DNA of 64,000 nucleotides from NCBI GenBank assembly GCA_001642005.1, contig LWCA01000007.1, positions 1 to 64,000 of the forward strand. Direction: 5' to 3'. The position numbers and the translations under genes are program-made. The notes below the pieces were generated by a model. It made no database searches. It was not told the origin of the DNA and saw only the letters and a list, made by a program, of their open reading frames with translations. Shown in pieces: positions 10,134 to 22,956 of the stretch. The stretch's first letter is position 1. The number at the start of each line of letters is the position of its first letter. The DNA is from Intoshia linei. Lineage: Eukaryota > Animalia > Orthonectida.

Positions 10134-13100
10134 ATGGCTGATGAAAAAAAAAATGAAAACATACAAGAATTAATCAGTGAGACACCACCTAGTTACATTG
10201 CAAGTAATATTATTTATTTATTTTTTTAATTTTCGGACCGTTAATTATTTCACATTTTTTGTTTTAATAAAATATTTCGAAAAAAAAATATGAATACTAA
10301 AATACTTTTTTGACTGTGAAGTCGTCACTTATTCGGATTGAAATTTTTTGTGTGTGTTAACAGGATACAACTGTAGCACCTGTAAATTTTTTTAAATTCT
10401 AGGGCTGTTTTCATTAAAAAAAGAAGAGTAATTTGTGGTTTTGGCCCTGAAGATATAATTTTTTTAAATTTTAATTTATGACAATTTTTTGATTTTAAAA
10501 TCCGTATCAGCGTATATATTTTTTTAAATTCTGCAATCGTTTGATTTTCAAAAAAAAGGACAATTGGGATTTTTGACCCCGTAAGATTTGAGTTTGGGAG
10601 GTTGAAATTTATCTTATACGTCCCACAAAAAACTGTAATTGAAATATGAACTTTATAAAATTGTAAGATTGGTAGTTATTGAAATAAAGTGGAACACACA
10701 CACTCACACAAACAAAAATCGCGTAGCATATTATATAAGTAAGTATAAATTGTGAGATACGGTTACTGCTTAGATAAGTTTGTTTTTTTAAATTTTAGTA
10801 CAATTAGTTTTTTTATATTTGAAAATAATGGGTAATTTGGGTTTTTGACCCAGAAGGACTCAATATCTGAAAATCAAATATGCGATAAACCTGTCTCTCG
10901 AAAAACTATATTAGAAATGGGTATTTTAAAACTCTACGCCTCTTAATTTATTAAATAGACTGGAACAAACGGACATAGATTTTTAATTAAATTACGTAAT
11001 ATAATTAAGGATATTGCAAAATTATATTTTATCAGTTTTGCGGTACCCCAATTACAATATAAGCATGTATTTAAATATTGATGATAAAATTTTATAAAAG
11101 TTTACATAGTATCAAGTAAGTCAAAAGAAGAAAATGATTTACTGGATGATGACAACTTGCTGAATAAAATAAAATACCTTTTCGAGGAACTGTATCTAAA
11201 CATTGAAACTCGAGTCAACAAGTCTTATCAGGATTTATTTAGAAGAGAAACTACATGGGAAGTGCCCTGTTTATATTGTACCCTTAATGAACGTAATATT
11301 TGACTTGTATTTCATTTCATTTTAATATATAGATATATCTACCAACACATTGGTAGATAGAGACGTTCAAATTCAAAACAAATTAACTTATTTCAAACAC
11401 ATCATCCAGAAAGCGATATTTCTATCTAAATTTAATATGGTAATATTAATTTTAATTTGACTGAATGTTGAAAATTTGTATTAATTTGAAATCAAGATTG
11501 AATACAAAAATAGTAGAAATACTTTGCATCAATACATTTATCGCAAATTTGATGAAGCCAGAACAAATGCGACCGTCAATACTACTGAACGTGATACATC
11601 CATTATATGTATATATAGTGAATCCATTCGGTTTGTTAAAATTGCTAATCGTTGTTGGTAATATATCATTATTGATATATATATATATATTTTGGGTTTA
11701 TAACTTTATGTATAGCTTAATTTCGTTTATAAACGATTTACACGACAATCCAATATTCAATAGAGGTTACATCACCTACCTCAGCAGTATACGTCAGATA
11801 TTATACATGTCAAAATACAACATCAAGTCTATGCGCCAATTTATTAAATGGTATTATAATGTATTTCAATTACAATACGATTATAATAATTAATGATTAG
11901 TATTTTTAATATTATGATGTAGCGAAATGAATTGTGTAGAAGTAATGATGATTAATATTATTTGCGAAAATATGCTTTTGTTCCATTCTGAGAAATTCTC
12001 CAAATTACAAAATTTTATTCAGAGTACAGCATCCACCAAAGATATGGTATATTTTCATTTTTGTTTGTTATTTTTCTATTTACTATCAATTCGTTGTGCA
12101 GTTTAGAATTTAACTTATGTTTTTAAATATTTTTTAGATACTCGAAATTGGACTGACACTGAAATCTTTTAAAACCGCTCTACAAACTAGCAAAATTTGG
12201 ATTAGTAAGTATCATAATAGAATTTGGATGTTTCAAACAAATTTTTCTTTTTTCAAACATTTCACTATTTATACACTATTAAAGTATTTCAGACTTTTAT
12301 AGTTGTAGTTTTAAACAAATTGAAAATAAGTATTTGAGATAAAAAATTGCACCAGGAATGAAAAAAACATTGAAAGAATCAATAAATGAGATTTCCACCC
12401 ATATTTATTTATTGTAAATGAGTAGACGTTCAATTCACATTTTTTTTGAAATTGTAGGATGAATATTTAATTTTAATCCAACAATTAAAAAATATTAGTT
12501 GATAATATATTAAAAATTATTTATCACCGAGAATGCGTTTATTTCTGTGGTTGAAATTTTGTATTTATATCAACTGAAATAAGATGTATCAGAAAAATAT
12601 TTATTTTTTTATTGTAGGACCATTAATAATTTCAAATTTTTTGTTTTACAGTGGATGTCACCTACATGGCCTATGTAAATAAATGTTAATAAAATAGTTT
12701 CGAAATAAAAAAAAATAAATATTAAAGTGCTTTTTTTACCATGAAGGGGTCACTTAATCAGATTGACATTTTTTTGTGTGTTAACAAGATATAACTATCA
12801 TCTGTAATTTTTTTTAAAATTCTAGGGCTGTTTTTATTTTTAAAAAAAAGTGTAATCTGGTTTTTGACCGTAAAAATTTTTTTTTTTGAGGTTTTTTTAA
12901 TTGTAGAACCATTAATTATATTAAAAGTTGGGATTTTTAAATTCTACGACTCTTAATTTTTTACTTTAATTATTGTAACACAGCCATTAAATTTTATATA
13001 CAGTAAGTAAAGAACGAGTAGGATTTGAATCAGAATATTAAAAATTTTGTGCCCACTTTTAAATGAAATTTTAATAAAAACTTTTTCCACTACTTTATAC

Positions 13101-15199
13101 AATTTCTTATATGAACAATGTTCATCAAGGGTCGGCAACCAGTGGTCTACAGAATAATTTTGGAGGCACCTTAAATAAATATGTAAATTATTTATTTTTA
13201 AATTTTTTCACTTTTAAACAACTTTTAAACATTTTCTACTATAATTGGCTCATTATAAACATTTAAATTCTGAATATTCAGGTCGCCCTGGATTTTATTT
13301 TGTTGAATATACTAGAACCGTTTCTATCGAGTTAAAATTGAAATTTATCATGTGTACATATTCTAAAACAGGGCCCGTGGAATTTTTTGAAAAAAAGTGG
13401 CCCACGAGACACAAAAGGTTGCCGACCCCTGATGTTCATTGAACATGAAAAAAATTACAAAATTTAGTTTTAAGACCGTATTAAGTTTAGTTTTAAGCCG
13501 AACCTATCATAGTCGTAACCTAAAATCACAAACACAAACATAGGCCCCTAATAAGTTTGCAAACGACGCGTAATCACATATAGCTCATAATCACCCTCCT
13601 CGGGCCTAAACTTGACAGTTATGATATCCTTACTTATGTCTGTTTGTATATCTGTTTGTTTATATGTCTGTTTGTTTGTTCCAGTTTATTTAAGAAAATA
13701 ATAGGCGTAGAGTTTTAAAAATAACCATTTCTATTACAGTTTTTCAAGGGTGGTGTTTTAATGAAATTTTCATTTTCAGAAATTGAATCCTTCAAGGTCA
13801 AAAACCCCAATTATCCTTTTTTAATTATCCTTATTCAAACAAATCGTAGAATTATAAAAAATACATAATCTCATAAAGATTTTAAAATAATCAACATTAC
13901 GATAAATTTAAATTTCAAAATCTTGTATCTTCTTGCCAATTCCCTAGATTACCCTTTTTTTGAAAAAGAAAAATGTCCTAGATTTTTATACAACATACAT
14001 TTTGCGAAAGTTTTTAAAATCATAAACATTAACATAAATCGCAAACTCAAAAAAGTCAATTTTCACGATAAAAGCCAAAGATTCCCAGATTACTCTTCTT
14101 TTTAAAAATTAAAATAATCCCATCATTTTAAAAAAAATTGTAATTGATCCAATTCATTCAGTACCACAATAACACACACAAATTTTTTATATTTAATATG
14201 TTTTTTAAATGAATAAATTTAATGAAATTGAATTTAGATGCACCATTAACCTTTGTATCAAAATATTTACAATGCCTTGAACGACGTTTGTATAGCGAAT
14301 GTTTTGTAAAATTATTCTATCCAATATTCAAAACATACTCACATAGTGATGAGTTTTTTAAAAATAATTTAAATAATTAGTATCATTTTAGCAAAATTTA
14401 CGAAAAATTGACAACTATTGCTCCGTCATTCCCACCTGATGATAAATTAATTAATATAGACGTATAATTAAAAAATATTTTGATATAAAAATATTTTTCA
14501 AAAATCCTTAATTTGATCCCCAGATTAAAAAATTTATCCAATCTGTTTGTTACCTATTTTTAAGTCGTTTTTACTGTAAAAAATTAATCAATTAAATTAT
14601 AACATAATCCCTATTAAGGTATCATATCATATCATAGGTATCATGCCAGGGTCGTATATGTCGATTGAAAAAATAAATTTATATAATTTTATAATTTAAC
14701 CTAAAATTATTTCTTATTTTTTATTTTATTTTAGAATGATATGATTCCAGGAGCCCCTTGGTGTCATGTACAATCAATTTTCAAAGAAATTTTAATGTAT
14801 AAAGTAAGCTAAAAAACAAAAATTTGAAATTAAATTAAAATTAAATAGACTCCAAGTGATATGTACGAACGATGCATAAAGTTTTCGCACTCTTTAATAT
14901 CCGCTTCAATAGAACAATTATCAAATGCTCAACATACCAAAATTGTATGGAGTTTAGACCATTCTATGCCAATAAATTCGTACATATTGTTGAACACTGG
15001 ACTTGAACAATTTAAATCAATAATCTCATTCATTACTGCTTATTCAGAAACGATTAAAAAACAGAAAAATAATGAAAATGTTTTGTTCAATTTTAAATTC
15101 ACCGATGAACACCTTACATTCGAATGGACAAATTTCAAATCTGCATTCAATTTTCTCAATAACCTAGATGAAAGAAGTACAACGGATGAAAAAAAGTAA
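10134..15199 (+). CDS. Uncharacterised multi-exon protein
   Basis: GT/AG-bounded open blocks: MADEKKNENIQELISETPPSYIA (10134-10203), SKEENDLLDDDNLLNKIKYLFEEL..WEVPCLYC (about 11110-11292), 11333-11439, 11716-11860, 11922-12046, 14239-14350 and 14850-15199. No domain recognised. The gene may extend to about 15480. Confidence 0.5.
10220..11011 (-). mobile_element. Two adjacent Helitron-like copies in an intron
   Basis: The first ends GCGTAGCATATTATATAAGTAAG (about 10745). A more diverged second copy ends TACGTAATATAATTAAGGA (11011). Confidence 0.55.
12290..12900 (-). mobile_element. Internal fragment of the Helitron-like repeat
   Basis: Collinear with about 5090-5750, e.g. GTAGACGTTCAAT..CACATTTTTTTTGAAATTGTAGGAT and TTTTGTATTTATATCAACT. 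Confidence 0.6.
13126..13431. mobile_element. hAT-type MITE, 306 bp
   Basis: TIR CAAGGGTCGGCAACC / GGTTGCCGACCCCTG (14/15). Perfect 8-bp TSD ATGTTCAT at 13118-13125 and 13432-13439. Confidence 0.92.
13627..14140 (+). mobile_element. Helitron-like repeat, second subfamily
   Basis: Begins A|TCCTTACTTAT followed by a (GTCT/GTTT)n microsatellite and GTTCCAGTTTATTT. Confidence 0.55.
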
Positions 15200-15588
15200 T
15201 TTATAATTTTATGTTAAATTTACCTAAGTGTACCCAACTTTAATGGAACATTGACATTGTTCAAACTAAAACTAATTTACCAGTGCATATACTTTCGTAG
15301 CTGAATTTTTATGTATAAGTTCATGTATAAAAGTGTTTTTATTATATTAGTTGTATCAAGTTATCTAAATCAGATCAACTTATTAAAACCATATTTGAAT
15401 AAATTCATTATATTATAGAACTAAACGTCGAATTGTTCCAGAACCACCAACTGAATAATAATAATCAAGAGAAATAAACTTTTCATCAATTAACTTTTCT
15501 AATTTACATAATTGTAGTTGTTTTGAATAAATATATCTAATTGTTTTATTTTTTATTTTACATTCAATTCAAAAATATTACCGGAACA

Positions 15589-17541
15589 ATGATAATTTGT
15601 ATTTTTAATCAAGACTCTTTTCACAATATTGAAGTCGCTATAAACAGTTCAATTCAAGATTTGGAAGAAAAATGTAAGACATTGTTTAATTTTAAACAAG
15701 TTACGTTGATATATAATGGTAAAACGCTCGATTCAAAGCTAACAATTCAAAATTGTGCGATTAACGAATATGATCTCATTCAAGTTTTACCAAATAATTT
15801 ACCCAAAAAAAATTCGATTCCACCAACCCCTACTGCGTCTACTCTTCAGACAAAAATTGGTAAGTATTATTAGTTATAATTATATAAATAATTATTTATT
15901 TCATTTTTAAGTTTAATACAGTCAGCGTTAAATAAATGACAAAGTCAACAAAAATTTAATGAACTTGAATAATTTTTATTTTATTAAATTTTTTTAAAGC
16001 CATGTGAATGCGATTACTGTAAATGAATTTTATAGTTCACTAGAAAAGAGACTTAGTCAATAGGCTTGGTCAGTTTATTGGAACTTAAATTGTATGCAAT
16101 GTAGATAAAATGGATTTTACAAATGTAAATATTAATGGAGAAAGCCAATCTAGCACCACAAATTCTTTCAAAATTGAGCAATCCATGAGGCATGATTTGA
16201 TCAAAAACAAGGAAAAATTGTTGGACGTGTTTCTCACTGATACTAAATTTTGGTTGAAACTGATTACTCTTTTTCCAGGCTTAAAATCAGAAATACTTAA
16301 CCATGAAGGTTAATGTATGAGTATAATGTTGAAATACATATCTTTAGATGAATTCAACGATTTTGCAATAAGAATACTGCAAAGTAAAAGCATTTTAACT
16401 GGCAGAGCGGTTAAAGCAGTTTTGTCTCGCGATATGGGACAACTCAATAAAGTCATAGAAAAGTACTTTTATTGGAATAAAATCACGTGGTCCACGTAAT
16501 GGCACAACTTACTGTTAAGATATCTAGTCCTCTACGGGTCGACATTCTCTCGTTCTTTCCCGATCGTGTCGTAATTAAAATTTTAAATTTTAAATAATGA
16601 CGTAATTTCATAATGTAAGAGCCACACAATCAAGGTTGAGATCTATTGAGAACCACTGCATTAGATTAAGTCAACTGGACTTTAAAGCGGCAGCTTAAAT
16701 AAATGAATTTTTTAATTGTATTTTATAGTAAACAAGAAATTGATAATAATATGACTGCTTCCATCGAGTTTACGCCCGAATCTTATGTTAATGTTGTTTT
16801 ATTGTTTGTAGACTGCAGTGTTAATAATGTACATATAAGAGCATTGATTGATACTGGGTGCCAAAGCACTATTATGAACGATAAAATTGCAGAAAAGTGC
16901 AATATCATGCATTTGTGCGATGAAAGATTTTCTACAGTAGCCAAAGGTATCGGTACCAAGCATACAGGTGGAAAGATTCATTTAGGTACTTTTATGCATA
17001 TGTTTAATTAATCAAAATTTTACATTTATAATAATAAGTAGTAAATTCCAATTTTCTCCATGACAGCGTAATTTTGTAAGATTTAAACTTCTGGAAATGA
17101 AATGGTTGACACTTATGATTTTAAAAACTCTTCCAGAATTTAAATTTTTTTATTTTAAATTTCTGGGACTCTTTTTTTTACATAAATAATTACACACAGA
17201 CACATTTTTAACAACTTTTACTTTATATTAAAAATAATGGTATCATATTTAATGATGTTAAACTTAGCCGAAATTGAAATTGGATCAGAAAAGTACCATA
17301 CATCTCTTACAATTTTGAAAGATATGGACATGGAAGTTATAATTGGATTGGATTTAATGATGCGACATCGGGTTGACTTTTATGTTTTTGATATAATTAT
17401 ATTTAGTGTATAATTGACTTGAATCAACGTAAGTTACTTTTTGGTTCGTCGAATAATTTTGTTTCGTTTTTACCTGAATCTCAAATTGGCGAATTGTTGC
17501 ATAAAATGGGACAACTTGGTAAAAATAAGAGTTTGAAATAA
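15589..17541 (+). CDS. DDI1: DDI1/DDI2-like ubiquitin-like-domain aspartic protease
   Basis: Exon 1 is a UBL (LIYNGKTLD..I.EYDLIQV). The retroviral-type protease domain reads IDNNM..SIEFTPESY..VVLLFVDCSVN..IRALIDTGCQSTIM..AEKCNIMHL.DERF..AKGIG, then IIGLDLMMRH and CIIDL..FLPE. Six exons; stop at 17539-17541. Confidence 0.92.
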
Positions 17542-18498
17542 ATATATTGTTAACTTGTATAATATACTAATGTTGCTATTAAAATTCATTTTATAATTTA
17601 CTACATTATTGATTGATGTAGATTGACTGTTTTGTACTTTGTATAAACAGTGGCATGTCTGAAGAGGGAGTATTTTTTTAATTTTACTTACTAAAAAATT
17701 AAATAACTTACTATCACTTAACAGGTTATCATTACTAATGATTCATTACGTGTATCTACGAAACCTTTAAAGCAGAGATTTTAAAATTTGATTTACCACG
17801 ATCCATTTCGTATTAAATTGTCCGCTCATCATTAAAATGTAATTTCTAACATTTTAGACTGAATATTTTTTTTATATTTCAAAAAAATAAAAAATTGTAG
17901 GTTTTGACTTTAGATGCAAAATTATAACACAATTAACTTGAAAAACTACTATTGGTAGTTGTTTTTTTATATTCTAGTATTCTTGGTTTTGTTCATTTTT
18001 TAAAAAAATTGTCAATTTCGGAATTGATCGTGAATCACGTGATGCAAATTTTTTATATAAGTTAACTGGAAAAAACTATTACCCGTGTTTTTTGTTGACA
18101 TTGCAAGACTGAAGTTTCATTTTAAACATTAATTAAAATTGTGTAATTTGGTTTTAACGTTGTAATTTATGATAATTAAATTTTTTTAACATCTTTTAAA
18201 AACTGTCCTCGAATTTGTGTTTTTAAATACCTGGGACTGTCAGTTTTCTAAATAAATAATAACAAGCAGATAGTTTTAGCAAATTTTATGTTAATGCAAG
18301 TTAGAATTGCATGGTTTTCGATATAATTTAATGTGAAACCAGTTTCACGAAGTATATCTGTGTATCTGTGCTGAAATATTATTTAATTGTCATCCACATA
18401 ATTTTTATTACAGAAAGTAACCAAACAGGTTGTCGGTTCTTGGCATAGATTAATTTTATATATCGAATAATTAAAATAAATTATCGCTCTTTAAATAT

Positions 18499-21400
18499 AT
18501 GAAAGTTAAGGATTTTGTCATTGTTGCTAAATGCCAACATACTAGAGCCCGGGTAGCTAAATTTCACTTACCACATGGAATAATAAATACACCCGTGTTT
18601 ATGCCTGTGGGATCCAAAGGAGCAATTAAGGGTATTTTACCGGAACAATTGTCTAAAATCAACGTAGAAATTTTATTAGCAAATACGTAATATTTATTTT
18701 TTGTACTACCGTAGTAATTTAATAATTGATAGTCAATACATATTACATATTAAATTTCATTCAACGTACACAATTAATACATTATTAATGTATTAAAATT
18801 TCAACTGTATATGTGTATAAATAGTGTGCGTATCTCTGTGGAGTCAGGCTCGAGAAGTGGTGGCTACTATATATGGCATTAATCATTTAATTAAACTTGC
18901 GAATAATTTTTCTGGGATATTATGGTTGGTTCGGCTCTGTAACCAGTAACTCCTTATTTAATTTTTTTGTCACAATTAAATTTTCATTACCCTGACTTAA
19001 TCGTTTTGTACACTTATTTTATAGTTATCATATGCAAGAAATGCCTGGATCAGATGTTGTTAAGGAATATGGATATCTGCACAAATATATGAATTGGAAT
19101 AAACCGATTTTAACAGTATATTTCTACGAATAATTTAGTTAATTTTAATTTTGGTGTTGTGATTTACTAGATTTCATACATTTATTTTGGTAAGTGACAA
19201 TGAATGTTACACATTTAAATGCACAATCCAATTTGATAACACTCTTATTATAACATTCTTTTTCATCTGACATCGATCGTAACATACATGTAATGTATTG
19301 ATTCACCAGTCGCTCCTTTTATAATCACTGACTTAATATTAGGCATAATCCAAAGTTAATTTAGGATAGCGGTGGATTCCAAATGGTTTCTCTATCTAAA
19401 TTATCATCTGTTACCGAAGAAGGTAAAATTTCAATATTTTTGTATTTGATAATATAAATATTAATAGGTGTAATGTTTACTTCTCCGGTAGATGAAACAA
19501 AAATGATGTTAACCCCTGAAAAGTCTATGGAAATTCAAAATAATCTAGGTACAGTTCCCGATTATTTAGAAAATACAAATTCTTACATTCTTTCCCTTTT
19601 AACCGGTCAATTTTAAATTTTAAATCACAACTTTGTATCTTCCCTGTCAAAACATTTTACCATTTTATTACCAATATTTTCTGTTTCATTAAAACATGAT
19701 TCTTTACGGTCAACTTTAGTATAATGTTGGTTGTAAATAAAGAAATTCTCCAGTTAAAACTAATTTAACTTAAATTTGAACTTTGAATAAATTTTGACTA
19801 AAAAAATGTAAATAGAAAAAAATATATTACTTCATACTAAACTCCGTTTTACTACCAACAAAGTTAATTTTACAATCAGCAAATGTAAAAATATGATAAA
19901 GAAAAATAGTAAAGTAATATAAGAATAAAAAAAGTAATACGAGAGTCGATTCTACAATACTCGATATCCGAAAATCAAAAATGGGCTCTGTGTCACATTT
20001 AGAATTTATCCGTAATGACATATATCCCTAGTCACCAGTCTACGGGACTGGACGTGACAATGTAAATTTGAAACACCAAATAGTTTATTTTGGAAAAATA
20101 AACACAATTTTACAAAAATTTCGTTTTGGCCGAAGAGGGTTCGGTTCTTTATGTTGTATGATTATTTTTTTATGTCAATTTCAATTACGACTTCAAAGCA
20201 AAAAAAATAAATATATTTCAGTTGTCATACATTATAATAATAATTTTAATAATTAAATTAATAAAATAAAAATTTAATATGGGTTTCTACTTAAATTAGT
20301 GTGACCAGAAAAAAGGCGTACTATCACTTTTAGTATATTTGGAATAAATTTTAAGCCGAAAATTTTTATTCGTCATCATAGATAAGTAGTTTTGGCTTTA
20401 CATTTATCATCAAATAAACTAAAATTGATAGTACGTCTTTTTTCTGGTCACACTACTTAAATCCAACCATTTTTACTAAAAATCAAAATTTACTAACCCT
20501 TTAGGATAAATTCCTGTTTTAACAAACCTTAAGGGAAAAATCCAATTTTACCAACCCTAAAAGGAAAAATGCAGTTAAGGTTTATAGTTTTTAGGGATAG
20601 GTAAGACTGAATTTTTCCCTAAAGAGTTGATAAAAGTGGGTTTTAGCCTTAAGGGTTGGTAAAATTGGAATTTTTACTTAAGGTTTTGTGAAAATGAATG
20701 TTTCCCTTAGAAGTTTGTAAAAGTGGAATTTTCCCTAAATAGGTTGGAAAAGTGTATTTTAATTATTAAATAGGTGCCGATATCATTATGCAACTTGATG
20801 ACGTCATATCTAGTAGAATTTCTGGAGAAAGAGTAAAAATTGCCATGAATAGGTTTATATTTAAAATTATTGTACATTTTAATATAAATATTAATTAATC
20901 CGTGTTATAAAGATCAATACGTTGGTTGGACAGATGTTTGAAAGCTCATAATAGAAAAGACGATCAATTGTTATTTCCAATAGTCCAAGGCGGGTTAGAC
21001 AGTGAATTAAGAAAATTTTCTGCTCAAGGTAAGTTGATGTGATTAGAGCTGTGGAGAGGGGACTAAGGGTGATATGACGAGGCCTACTATTCTAAATTAA
21101 TATTTAATGCTAAAAAACGTTTTCGTAGGGTGATTCGAACTTTTTTACTCCATAAGGTAAAACTGAAAAAAATATGGCTGTCGATGGATTAAACAATTGA
21201 TGGGGAACCAATGTTTTTTCAATTTTTAGATGGCCCGGGCCACTGTTAATTCTTCACAGCTCTGGCTGTGGTAATATTTAATGTATACGTTTTTAGAATT
21301 GGTAAAACGCAATACTCGAGGTTATGCAATAGGTTTTTTTTAATAGGTTTCAATAAGTGGTTTTTTCCGATCTCGGGAAATAAACATTATGTAAATTATG

Positions 21401-22902
21401 TTAATCTATTAACTTGTACTTGTATTAAATAAAATCAATTAATAGGTGGATTAAGTGGTGGAGAATCAAAATCTGATTTTTGGAAAATGGTCAGTATCAG
21501 TATATTAAATTTACCAGAAAATAAACCTCGGTATGTGATGGGTGTCGGTTATGCTGAAGATATAATTGTCAGTGTAGCTTTAGGTGCCGACATGTTTGAT
21601 TGTGTTTCACCTACTAGAATGGCAGTAAGATTTTTTCATTTTGTCACTTATCAGGTTAATGGTCTTTCTAAAGTGTTACAAGTTGGACAAGTTCTTTCAG
21701 GGATCTATTCACCGATAATATATAACTACCCGTGGATGATTTCTATAATACACTCTTAAAGTGTTGTCGTGGAGAAATATATTTAATTTGTGACAATGAT
21801 GTAATGAGTAAAATTAATTTTTTAAATTAAATTTTTTTTAATATCATAACTGTCATATTCAGGCCCTTTTATATATTGATAGTCATCTGACTAAGAGATG
21901 TGTGGCATTACTAATCGTTTACTAAAGAAAATAAGGGAAAATGATCGGAATGGTAGATTCTGCTTTGCCCTGAAGGTTTACATGAATAATATTGATAATA
22001 TATGTGATATATCAAAGTGTTTTTATTTTTGAATGTCTGGTTAGACATTCAAAAACGGTTTTTAAATTTTAAATTTGACAACCCACTGACATAAATTATT
22101 TTTAGAGATTTGGAAACGCGTTAGTAGATAATTACGGCTCAATATCCCTCAAAAAAAGAGAATACGCATTAGACAAATCTCCGATAGACTCAAATTGTGA
22201 CTGTTTTACTTGTCAAAATTACACCAAAAGTCAATTAAATAATATGATTGGGAAAACTTCCGATAGTTGCACTTTTATATCTATTCACAATCTAACATAT
22301 ATGGTAATTTTGTGTAGTGTCAAAAATATAAATTTATTCAATCATGATTTATTTTATGAAAATATGAATATGATCGCAATACTTCCAGAACATTGGCCTA
22401 CCCACTGAACCCATAATTTTTAATATACCACGAAAAACATTTGAGAAACATGCTTGTAAGGACCGATTTAAAAATGGATAATTTGGTACGGCCCTCTAAA
22501 TCTAATTCAAATTAATTTATTATAATTAGAAAAATGTTTAGATAATTTTTCCGGTTCGATTAATTTGATTTTATTGTAAATTAACTGTCCACGGAGTAAG
22601 AAGTATAAAAAAGTGTGGCAACCCCTCGCTTAAATAATGACTAATTTACCGGGTGGGTGGGTTGTTGCCATATAATTTATTGTTTAATTTCAGTAGTAAA
22701 TTTTTCAGCAACTAAAAAACAAAGATGCAATAAAATAATTTAAAACTTGTATTTTTAGATGAATTTAATGTCTAGAATTCAAGAAAGCATAAAAAGTGAC
22801 AATTTTGTAAATTTTGTAAAAATGTTTATAAAAACCCGATTTAAAACTACCCCAAAGTGGATATTAGATGCTTTCAATTCAATGGGAGTGAACTTGCACT
22901 GA
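18499..22902 (+). CDS. QTRT1: Queuine tRNA-ribosyltransferase catalytic subunit (TGT)
   Basis: [69 protein letters not shown] and Zn site CDCFTC..H, across about 10 exons. Confidence 0.97.
20297..20455. mobile_element. 159-bp MITE with about 45-bp TIRs and 7-bp TSD
   Basis: TAGTGTGACCAGAAAAAAGGCGTACTATCA... and ...TGATAGTACGTCTTTTTTCTGGTCACACTA, flanked by CTTAAAT on both sides. Confidence 0.85.
20464..20760. repeat. About 31-32-bp degenerate minisatellite arranged as two inverted arms
   Basis: A unit like AATTTTACCAACCCTTAAGGGAAAAATCC is repeated at 20464-20570, and its reverse complement at 20590-20760. Confidence 0.7.
21044..21264. mobile_element. hAT-like MITE in a QTRT1 intron
   Basis: TIR TAGAGCTGTGGAGA / TCTTCACAGCTCTG. 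Degenerate 8-bp flanks GATGTGAT and GCTGTGGT (6/8). Confidence 0.65.
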
Positions 22903-22956
22903 ATTGGAAACGTTTTATTAAAATTATAACAATGTCTAATAAAATATATATAAAAA

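Noticed and set aside
20464-20760. CRISPR-like array
   Set aside because: The units are degenerate and adjacent, with no unique spacers and no cas genes, in a eukaryotic intron.
21640-21900. Intronic snoRNA or other ncRNA in QTRT1
   Set aside because: Only partial C/D-like words, with no convincing terminal stem or guide.
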